Positions 57,172 through 64,000 of a stretch of DNA of 64,000 nucleotides are shown here, piece by piece. The stretch covers positions 211,035 through 275,034 of the forward strand of contig CAKJYJ010000005.1 in NCBI GenBank assembly GCA_918262735.1, read 5' to 3'. Position numbers and translations under genes: made by a program. The stretch comes from Clostridiales bacterium (GTDB lineage Bacteria > Bacillota > Clostridia > Christensenellales > UBA1242). Numbering within the stretch: the stretch's first letter is position 1; each line of letters opens with the position of its first letter. The notes beneath the pieces are model-generated. The model searched no databases. It was not told the DNA's origin and worked only from the letters and a program-made list of their open reading frames with translations.

Positions 57172-58584
57172 TTATTCTATTTTTTCCTTTAATTTTTCCA
57201 TAACAAGTTGTGCACTTGCCTTTCCTCGAGTTTCTTTCATTACTTGACCAACCAAAAAATTCAAAATTTTTGGATCTTGTTCTCGTTTATATTGTTCCAC
57301 AACTTGTGCTTTTTCTTCTAAAACTTTATTCAATACTTCCACAACAAAGTCGTCTGACAAATCTGCCAAAAGACCTTGTTTTTTTGCCTCTTCTTCTGCA
57401 CTTAAATTTGTTCCCCACACAAAAGATAGTAAATCTTTTGCCGAGTTTCTTTGTATTTTTCTTTCATCAACAGCTTTAATAAGCCAAACTATATTCTCTT
57501 TAGAAATGTCAAGTTTTGCTCCACCTTTGATGCGGGCAAGAATTTCGGTTATAAACCAGTTCGCAACTGTCTTTGGCTGGAAATATAGTTTAACGCATTC
57601 GTTGTATAAATCTGTTATTTCTTTTTCTGCCAAAATTATGTCTGCATCATTTTCGCTAAGGTTATACTCATTCACATATTTTTCCTTTAGCTCACCAGGC
57701 ATAATTGGAAGTGTTGATTTTATTCTTTCAATATCTTCGTTGGATATTTTAACTGCAAGTAGGTCTGGATCTGGGAAATACCTGTAATCTTCAGCATTTT
57801 CTTTTGTTCTTAGAGTGTAACTTTCACCCTTTTCAAAATCCCATTTTCTTGTTTCTTGCTCAACCTCCCCGCCGTCGTCTAATATTTCTTTTTGCCTTGC
57901 AATTTCATATTCAATTGCCTTATGGATTGACTTAAATCCCATTATGTTTTTCATTTCAACCTTTGTACCAAATTCTTTGCTTCCCTTTGGCTTTAATGAA
58001 ATGTTAACGTCAGCCCTCATTTGACCTTTTTCTAATTCACAGTCAGACACCCCAGCATATATATAAATCTGCCTCAACTTTGTTAAAAATTCAATTGCTT
58101 CGTCTGCGGTTTCTATATGTGGCTCTTTTAATGCATCTGTAACCAACTCAATAAGAGGAACACCACCACGATTATAGTCAATAAATGTTTGATTACCTTC
58201 GTGAATAAGTTTACCTGCATCTTCTTCCAAATGAATTCGATTTATTGGAATATCTTTTTCACCAACCCTAAGGTGCCCATTTATGCAAATTGGTTTTTCA
58301 AGCTGGCTTATTTGATACGCTTTGGCAAGGTCTGGGTAAAAATAATTTTTACGCTCAAAAATGGCGGTGTTGTTTATTTCAAAACCCAAAGCAAGACCCG
58401 CTTTAATTGTTTGCTCAACCGCATACTTATTTAGAATTGGCAGAGCCCCTGGAAGACCAACACAAACTGGACAACAGTTACTGTTTGGAACTTTACTATA
58501 TTCATTTTTACACGAACAAAAACATTTTGTTTGTGTTTTAAGTTCGGCGTGAACTTCAAGCCCAATTACCACATCGTATACCAT
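57172..58584 (-). CDS. gatB: Asp/Glu-tRNA amidotransferase subunit B
   Basis: 470 aa: VIGLEVHAELKTQTKCFCSC, NRGGVPLIELVT, and a C-terminal YqeY-like domain. Confidence 0.92.
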   Translation of the reverse strand: MVYDVVIGLEVHAELKTQTKCFCSCKNEYSKVPNSNCCPVCVGLPGALPILNKYAVEQTIKAGLALGFEINNTAIFERKNYFYPDLAKAYQISQLEKPICINGHLRVGEKDIPINRIHLEEDAGKLIHEGNQTFIDYNRGGVPLIELVTDALKEPHIETADEAIEFLTKLRQIYIYAGVSDCELEKGQMRADVNISLKPKGSKEFGTKVEMKNIMGFKSIHKAIEYEIARQKEILDDGGEVEQETRKWDFEKGESYTLRTKENAEDYRYFPDPDLLAVKISNEDIERIKSTLPIMPGELKEKYVNEYNLSENDADIILAEKEITDLYNECVKLYFQPKTVANWFITEILARIKGGAKLDISKENIVWLIKAVDERKIQRNSAKDLLSFVWGTNLSAEEEAKKQGLLADLSDDFVVEVLNKVLEEKAQVVEQYKREQDPKILNFLVGQVMKETRGKASAQLVMEKLKEKIE

Positions 58585-58587
58585 ATA

Positions 58588-60024
58588 TTAGTCCTCCTTT
58601 TTTACTATTTTTTCTATTGTTTTTGCAAAACTATAAATTGTTTTTTCATTAAATTTTTTACTCATTATTTGAATTCCTAATGGCAAGCCCTCTTTGCCTT
58701 TACCATATGGAATTGACAAAGATGGAATCCCAACAATGTTTGCGGTTACTGTGAATATGTCTTCTTTGTATGTTTCAACAGGGTCGTTTGGTTTGCTTCC
58801 AATTTTATATGCTTCTCCCAGTGTTGTTGGCATAATAATTATGTCGCACTCGTCAAACGCCTTTTCATACTCTTCAATTAAAAGCCCTTGAACCGCTTTT
58901 GCTTTTTTGTAATATGCATCATAGTAGCCCGAAGATAAAACATAGTTCCCTAGCATAATTCTTCGTTTAACTTCTTTTCCAAATCCTTTGCTTCGGCTCT
59001 TTTTGTATATTTCTTGCAAATTTTTTGCATTATTATCTCTGCTGGTATATTTCACACCATCAAACTTTGCCAGGTTGCTGGCAGCTTCCGCAGGGGCAAG
59101 GATGTAATAGGTGGCGAGCCCTAACCCAACATCTTTAATAGAAATATCCTTAGTTTTTATATTATTATCTTTTATGACTTTAATAAAATTGTGAAAGTTG
59201 ACTTCACATGGAAGTCCTTTAACCATTTCAATTATTTCTTTTGGAACACCAATCGTTATGTTTGTGCTATCTTTATCAATTTCAGATAGGTAATCATCAA
59301 CCTTTGTTTTTGAAGATGTTTCGTCGTTATTGTCACCACCGGCAATAACCTCAAGCATTAATGCATTATCTTCTAGTGTTTTTGAAAAAATACCAACTTG
59401 GTCTAATGAGCTTGCAAATGCAACAACGCCATAACGAGATATTCTGCCATAACTTGGTTTTAATCCATAAATCCCACAAAAACTGGCCGGTTGCCTAACA
59501 CTCCCACCGGTTTCGGTGCCAAGTGCAATTGGACACATGTCCAGTGCCACCGCACAAGCGCTTCCGCCGGAAGATCCACCAGCAACCCTTTCAAAATCAA
59601 TAGGGTTATGTGCTACGCCAAACGCTGAATTCTCGGTTGAACTTCCCATTGCAAATTCGTCCATATTTGCCCTTGCAATTATTATGGCTCCCTCATCTAA
59701 CATCCTTTTAACAACTGTTGAATTGTATTGTGCAATATAGTCTTTCATAAATTTTGAACCACAACTGCAAATTTTTCCCGAATATAAAATATTATCTTTA
59801 ATAATTATTGGAACACCTGCCAGTTTGCCATTAAAACCATCTTTTATTTTTATATCCATTGCTTTAGCATTTTCAACAGCGTCATCAAAGACTTCCAAAA
59901 CTGCATTGTATTTTTTGTTTTCTAAAATTTTGGAAATAAAAACCCTTGTTACTTCTTCACAAGTAACCTCTCCAGATTTAATATGTTTTTTTATTTCTAA
60001 TGCTGATAATTTTGTAATATCCAT
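58588..60024 (-). CDS. gatA: Asp/Glu-tRNA amidotransferase subunit A
   Basis: 478 aa with the amidase signature GGSSGGSACAVA and GTETGGSVRQPASFCG. Confidence 0.92.
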   Translation of the reverse strand: MDITKLSALEIKKHIKSGEVTCEEVTRVFISKILENKKYNAVLEVFDDAVENAKAMDIKIKDGFNGKLAGVPIIIKDNILYSGKICSCGSKFMKDYIAQYNSTVVKRMLDEGAIIIARANMDEFAMGSSTENSAFGVAHNPIDFERVAGGSSGGSACAVALDMCPIALGTETGGSVRQPASFCGIYGLKPSYGRISRYGVVAFASSLDQVGIFSKTLEDNALMLEVIAGGDNNDETSSKTKVDDYLSEIDKDSTNITIGVPKEIIEMVKGLPCEVNFHNFIKVIKDNNIKTKDISIKDVGLGLATYYILAPAEAASNLAKFDGVKYTSRDNNAKNLQEIYKKSRSKGFGKEVKRRIMLGNYVLSSGYYDAYYKKAKAVQGLLIEEYEKAFDECDIIIMPTTLGEAYKIGSKPNDPVETYKEDIFTVTANIVGIPSLSIPYGKGKEGLPLGIQIMSKKFNEKTIYSFAKTIEKIVKKED

Positions 60025-60027
60025 AAC

Positions 60028-60303
60028 TTACTCCACAATTCTTGGCACAACAAAGTACCCCTTTTTCTTGTCTGGTGCATTTTCTAATAAGATTTCAGAA
60101 GAATAACCGCTCTTTGGATTATCTTCTCTCAGTTCGTTCATATCAATCATATTTAGTTTTCTTTCGCCATCTATATTTGCATTTTTTATTATATCTGCAA
60201 GTTCGATTAGTTTTTCAAATTCAAAATCAAAAGACTCTAGTTCCTCATCGGTAAATTCTAGTTTTGAAAGTTCTGCTAAATGCTTAATTTCTTTTTTATC
60301 CAT
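60028..60303 (-). CDS. gatC: Asp/Glu-tRNA amidotransferase subunit C
   Basis: 91 aa from the ATG at 60303, which follows GAGGAG. It has HLAELSKLEFTDEELE and the ending ...YFVVPRIVE. Confidence 0.85.
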   Translation of the reverse strand: MDKKEIKHLAELSKLEFTDEELESFDFEFEKLIELADIIKNANIDGERKLNMIDMNELREDNPKSGYSSEILLENAPDKKKGYFVVPRIVE

Positions 60304-60397
60304 TTTTAATCTCCTCAATATCTGTTAAATAGTGTATTATGTTTACTTTTAACTTTTATATAAAACAAAATATAAAAATACTCTTATGATGCTTTAT

Positions 60398-60429
60398 TAA
60401 AAAAAATCACAGGTTTGTGAACCTGTGAT
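60398..60429 (-). terminator. Intrinsic terminator in the gatC leader (attenuator)
   Basis: The minus strand reads ATCACAGGTT-CACA-AACCTGTGAT followed by T8, about 95 nt upstream of gatC and about 30 nt downstream of the leader ORF. Confidence 0.7.
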
Positions 60430-60461
60430 TGTGATTTTTAATTCCAAGCACGACAAAAGGC

Positions 60462-60521
60462 TCACATACTAATGTGATTAAGATTGTTATTATTATTATT
60501 GTTGATAATAAAAGCAATCAT
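60462..60521 (-). CDS. Candidate leader peptide MIAFIINNNNNNNLNHISM (8 Asn codons of 19)
   Basis: AAGGAGG, a 6-nt spacer, then ATG ATT GCT TTT ATT ATC AAC AAT AAT AAT AAT AAC AAT CTT AAT CAC ATT AGT ATG TGA, read directly from the minus strand. Confidence 0.55.
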   Translation of the reverse strand: MIAFIINNNNNNNLNHISM

Positions 60522-60542
60522 CTTTTGCCTCCTTGCTTATTT

Positions 60543-60571
60543 ATGGTAGCACAATCATTTGCAAAAGTCAA
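60543..60571 (-). promoter_or_regulatory. Promoter-like element for the gatC leader
   Basis: The minus strand reads TTGACT - 17 nt - TACCAT, with TG at the extended -10 position, about 20 nt upstream of the leader RBS. Confidence 0.4.
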
Positions 60572-60708
60572 CGGTTTATACAAAATCATGGTTTATATAT
60601 TTGTTTTTCTTTTTTTACCCATTATAACTAATATGAGATTTGAATAATTTGCCATTTGATTGACTTAAATTATTACAAAGTTGTATAATATCGCTCGGGG
60701 GATTTTTA

Positions 60709-61755
60709 ATGAAAAAGAATGTTGCAATAATTGGCTATGGCGGACAGGGCGCCTGGCATGCCAACCAAATAATTAAAAGTGACGTAGTTGCTCTTTCGGG
60801 GGTTTATGATATTAAACCCGAGCGAATTGAACTGGCTAGAAGCAGAGGAATTTTTACATATCCTTCGGCTGAAGAACTTTTGTCGGACAAAAACGTTGAT
60901 ATCGTTGTTATAACAACTCCAAACGACTCTCACAAAGAACTATCAATAAAAGCTCTAAATGCCGGCAAAAATGTGATATGTGAAAAACCAGTTATGTTAA
61001 ACACGTCGGATTTAGCTGAAGTTATTAAAGTTTCCAACCAAACGGGTAAGCTTTTCACCGCACACCAAAACAGAAGATATGATGTTGATTTCCTTGCAAT
61101 TAAACAATTAATTCAAGAGGGAAAACTTGGCGATGTTGTAAGCGTGGAATCACGAGTTCATGGTTCAAGAGGCATACCTTCCGACTGGAGAGGAAAAAAA
61201 GAGTATGGTGGTGGTATGCTCTACGACTGGGGTGTCCATTTAATTGACCAAATAACTCAGCTCTTACCAAACGAAGAATTAAAAAAAGTGTTCTGCACCG
61301 CCCAACACACCACCAACTTTGAAGTGGATGATGGCTTTAAGTTAACGCTAATATACAAATCTGGCATCACCGCATTTGTTGAAGTTGGAACATTAAACTA
61401 TATTGCAATGCCTAGATTTTATCTTCAATGCAAACGCGGTTCGGCAAAAATAAACGATTGGAAACAAAATGCGGAAGTGGCTTATTGTAAATATTGGAAT
61501 GAAAAAGAAGTTTTGCCTGTTCAAACCGCAGCGGGTATAACAAAAACCATGGCACCAAGAGATGAAATAACGCTAGACACATATAACCTAGATATCCCAG
61601 TTTCTGACGTGCATGACTTTTATAGAAATTTTGTATTGGCAATAGACGGAAAGGAAAAACAATACGTTACACACGAACAATCAATGTTTGTTTTGAAAAT
61701 TATAGAAAAAGCATTTGAGTCTATTGAAAAATGTCAGGCCGTGGATTTTGACTAG
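60709..61755 (+). CDS. Gfo/Idh/MocA-family NAD(P)-dependent oxidoreductase
   Basis: VAIIGYGGQGAWHA Rossmann motif and the conserved ICEKPV motif. 348 aa. Confidence 0.8.
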   Translation: MKKNVAIIGYGGQGAWHANQIIKSDVVALSGVYDIKPERIELARSRGIFTYPSAEELLSDKNVDIVVITTPNDSHKELSIKALNAGKNVICEKPVMLNTSDLAEVIKVSNQTGKLFTAHQNRRYDVDFLAIKQLIQEGKLGDVVSVESRVHGSRGIPSDWRGKKEYGGGMLYDWGVHLIDQITQLLPNEELKKVFCTAQHTTNFEVDDGFKLTLIYKSGITAFVEVGTLNYIAMPRFYLQCKRGSAKINDWKQNAEVAYCKYWNEKEVLPVQTAAGITKTMAPRDEITLDTYNLDIPVSDVHDFYRNFVLAIDGKEKQYVTHEQSMFVLKIIEKAFESIEKCQAVDFD

Positions 61756-61831
61756 ATTTTTTGGTTAAAAACACGGTGTTAAAAAAATGACACTCTAATA
61801 AAAATATGAAACCTGTTAATGAAACCCAAAA

Positions 61832-61868
61832 AATCCACACTAAATCCAGTGTGGATTTATTTTTTTTA
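61832..61868. terminator. Bidirectional terminator between the oxidoreductase and gpx genes
   Basis: AATCCACACT-AAATCC-AGTGTGGATT, flanked by A- and T-runs. Confidence 0.65.
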
Positions 61869-61902
61869 ACTTCAATACTTCTCTTTTTTTCACTTATAAA
61901 AA

Positions 61903-62382
61903 TTATTTTAAGAGTTCTTCTTTAACCCTATTTGCAAAACCTTCTGGCTTATCGGTGGGTGCAAAACGAGCAACAACTTCACCCTTGCGGTTAATTAAAA
62001 ACTTTGTAAAATTCCATTTAATAGATTGTGGCTTACCCTTTTCATTTTGGGTGATTAGCCATTTGTAAAGAGGATCGGCATTGCCGCCTTTAACCTCAAT
62101 TTTCTTAAATCTTGTGAATTTTGTGTTGAATTTTAATGTACAAAAGGTATTAATCTCTTCATCTGTGCCCGGTGCCTGGCGGAAAAATTGATTGCAAGGA
62201 AAATCCAAAATTTCAAATCCTTGATCTTTTAGTTCTTCGTACATCTTTTCAAGTGCATCATATTGTGGAGTGAATCCGCACTTTGTTGCGGTGTTCACAA
62301 CAAGCAAAACTTTGCCCTCAAATTTTCTTAAACTAACCTCTTCACCATTTTGTGCTAAAACATTAAAGTCATAAATATTCAT
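61903..62382 (-). CDS. gpx: Glutathione peroxidase (Cys-type)
   Basis: 159 aa with VNTATKCGFTPQY, FPCNQF and WNFTKFL signature motifs. The active-site codon is TGC (Cys), not TGA. Confidence 0.9.
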   Translation of the reverse strand: MNIYDFNVLAQNGEEVSLRKFEGKVLLVVNTATKCGFTPQYDALEKMYEELKDQGFEILDFPCNQFFRQAPGTDEEINTFCTLKFNTKFTRFKKIEVKGGNADPLYKWLITQNEKGKPQSIKWNFTKFLINRKGEVVARFAPTDKPEGFANRVKEELLK

Positions 62383-62580
62383 ATCTTTTTACCTTCTTAA
62401 TTTAAGTGTAGCACAAAAATTTTTATTTTGTATCACTAATACACAAAATTTTTATTTTTTCACTTTTAGTTTTTCGTTCAAAACAAATCCGAAATAGTGA
62501 AAAGTGAAAAACTAAAAATTAAGAGTAAAAAGTACCAAATAAAAAAATCCTCACCAACTCCGGTTCGGATTTGTTTTGTT

Positions 62581-62601
62581 TGGTGCGAGAGAAGGGACTT
62601 G
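62581..62601 (-). repeat. Duplicate of the last 21 nt of tRNA-Leu (acceptor 3' strand plus half T arm), followed by a terminator
   Basis: tggtgcgagagaagggacttg is identical to 62730-62750. The adjacent hairpin at 62541-62580 is homologous to those at 55020-55059 and 55264-55303. Confidence 0.8.
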
Positions 62602-62729
62602 CTCCGGTGAACGCTGTTCACCTATCACGCCTGGTGCGGCAAAACGCAATTCTATTGCCTTTTGCTTTTCGCACACGTTCAAGTCCCTAGTTAATTAAAA
62701 AAATTCTTATCCTACGATAAGAATTCTAT

Positions 62730-62811
62730 TGGTGCGAGAGAAGGGACTTGAACCCATACTCTTTCGAACTTGCCCCTTAAACAAGCGCGTCTGCCATTCC
62801 GCCACTCTCGC
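62730..62811 (-). tRNA. tRNA-Leu, class II; anticodon read by eye as AAG
   Basis: The reverse complement is GCGAGAG TG GCGGAATGGCAGACGC G CTTGT TTAAGGG GCAAG TTCGAAAGAGT ATGGG TTCAAGT CCCTT CTCTCGC A CCA. Alignment to the Bacillus tRNA-Leu(UAG) arm CTAGA-CTTAGGA-TCTAG places AAG at positions 34-36 and G at 37. The T stem has one U-U mismatch. Confidence 0.75.
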
Positions 62812-63005
62812 ATACAATTAAATATATTTTGCCCACTAGGTTTATAGTTTACGGGGCAAGTAAACTTGTTTCTCAAAACTGCATTCAAGTTTTGCAATTC
62901 CAAAATATAATTTGTTCTTGCATTTTCTTGAAACGGGGCTTACGCCCTGCGACGCCCGTTGCTCACTAAAATTGAAACCACTGGTTCAATTTATTAACGT
63001 GGCAA

Positions 63006-63100
63006 CCCTTAAACAAGCGCGTCTGCCATTCCGCCACTCTCGCATACAATTAAATATATTTTGCCCACTAGGTTTATAGTTTACGGGGCAAGTAAACTTG
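63006..63100 (-). repeat. 95-nt duplicate of the tRNA-Leu 5' half (from the anticodon loop) plus its upstream promoter region
   Basis: Identical to 62774-62868, at an offset of 232 nt. Identity starts exactly at the anticodon loop (plus strand cccttaa). Confidence 0.85.
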
Positions 63101-63303
63101 CTTCTTGAAAATACGTTTATCATTATATTAGCATTTTTGTTAATTGTCAACTGGTTTATACTATATTTTTTCAAGATACTAGCCAGATATGTTAATAATA
63201 ATTCTATTTTTTATACCCCAAAATATTTATTTCAATTTTTACAAATAATTAATATTGACAATTGCCAACCACTCTGCTAAAATATCGCAATCGGAGAATA
63301 AAT

Positions 63304-63825
63304 ATGAAATTTGTAAAGATTGAAAATTTTTGGTGGCAATGGGATGACGCAACCCCACAAGAGAGTGCTTGTTTATATAATGCGTTTGGCGGAAAAATGT
63401 CAAATTGTGACATTAGAAATTGCAAGGTTGCAGATGCAGAAGACTTTAACAAACTCGACTGGACTGGAACAAGTATACTAAACAATAGCAGATATGGATG
63501 GCTAGATAGAGATGGAAAATTCTATGGTTGTGACTATAGACACCACGAACTACAAGCAAAATTTGTCCACAATTCATCTAGAGCTGAACTTGAAAGACGA
63601 GGCTGGGTCATTATTGTTAAAATGCCATACCAAGAAACGGGAAAGCTTTTAGCACTTTACCACACAGGAAACGATGCTATTATTCCAACCGGTGCACAAT
63701 TGGAATATTTGTCTAGAAGAAATGATGTTGATTGTAGCCTTGTTATTCGTGTGTTTGATTATGGTAATAAAGAAAAATCAAGACTATATGAGCAAAGCTT
63801 AAAAGATAAGGAAATTGAAAGATAA
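63304..63825 (+). CDS. Hypothetical protein
   Basis: 173 aa from the ATG at 63304, which follows GGAGAA. It is Trp/Cys-rich, and I recognise no family. Confidence 0.5.
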   Translation: MKFVKIENFWWQWDDATPQESACLYNAFGGKMSNCDIRNCKVADAEDFNKLDWTGTSILNNSRYGWLDRDGKFYGCDYRHHELQAKFVHNSSRAELERRGWVIIVKMPYQETGKLLALYHTGNDAIIPTGAQLEYLSRRNDVDCSLVIRVFDYGNKEKSRLYEQSLKDKEIER

Positions 63826-64000
63826 TAATCGCTTTTAATTAATTATTTTTGCGTGATAAAAAACAAGCCAATTTATTATGGCTTGCTTTTTTAATTCCTT
63901 TATTACAAATCTCGTGTTTCTTCTTTTTGTTTTAAGTTTAAATAATTTGTGGTTGGTAATATTTTTGTTTTAACAAAGTATTGGTCTCTAAAATCTTTTG

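Noticed and set aside
61903-62382. Possible selenocysteine (TGA) at the glutathione peroxidase active site.
   Set aside because: The active-site codon reads TGC (..ACA AAG TGC GGA..), the ORF is uninterrupted, and no SECIS-like hairpin is needed.
62712-63174. Two minus-strand ORFs (63 and 62 aa) sharing the peptide FTCPVNYKPSGQNIFNCMREWRNGRRACLR.
   Set aside because: The shared peptide is simply the translation of the duplicated tRNA-Leu 5' half and its promoter region. These are not paralogous genes.

Overview
AT-rich chromosomal segment from an endospore-forming Firmicute, probably Clostridia-like (gerA-type germinant receptor operon, yabP-yabQ-divIC, veg). Most genes are on the minus strand. 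The housekeeping backbone includes rplJ-rplL, asnS, parE-parC, gatC-gatA-gatB-aspS, cdd, hup, yajC, rubrerythrin, comFC and gpx. It is interspersed with several very large BspA-type leucine-rich-repeat / Listeria-Bacteroides-repeat surface proteins. The main accessory region is a ~12.4-kb integrative mobilizable element at about 42.6-55.0 kb. It carries a tyrosine integrase, an excisionase, a catalytically degenerate integrase paralogue, a relaxase, a ~1-kb repeat-rich non-coding region, a 1876-aa Cys/His-repeat surface protein and a SLOG/DUF1273 + XRE pair. It sits in a tRNA-Arg(UCG) locus that holds three 5' halves and an orphan 3' half, split at the anticodon loop. Other points worth a second look: (1) a 19-codon leader ORF with 7 consecutive Asn codons plus an intrinsic terminator upstream of gatCAB-aspS, a candidate ribosome-mediated Asn attenuator; (2) a 60-nt duplicate of the parE 3' end exactly 200 nt downstream, differing mostly by synonymous changes and flanking a structured 140-nt insert; (3) a tRNA-Leu with an apparent AAG anticodon whose 5' half plus promoter is duplicated; (4) homologous non-coding modules of tRNA 3'-end fragment plus terminator at two loci. 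All calls rest on reading the sequence and ORF translations by eye. No searches or folding programs were run.
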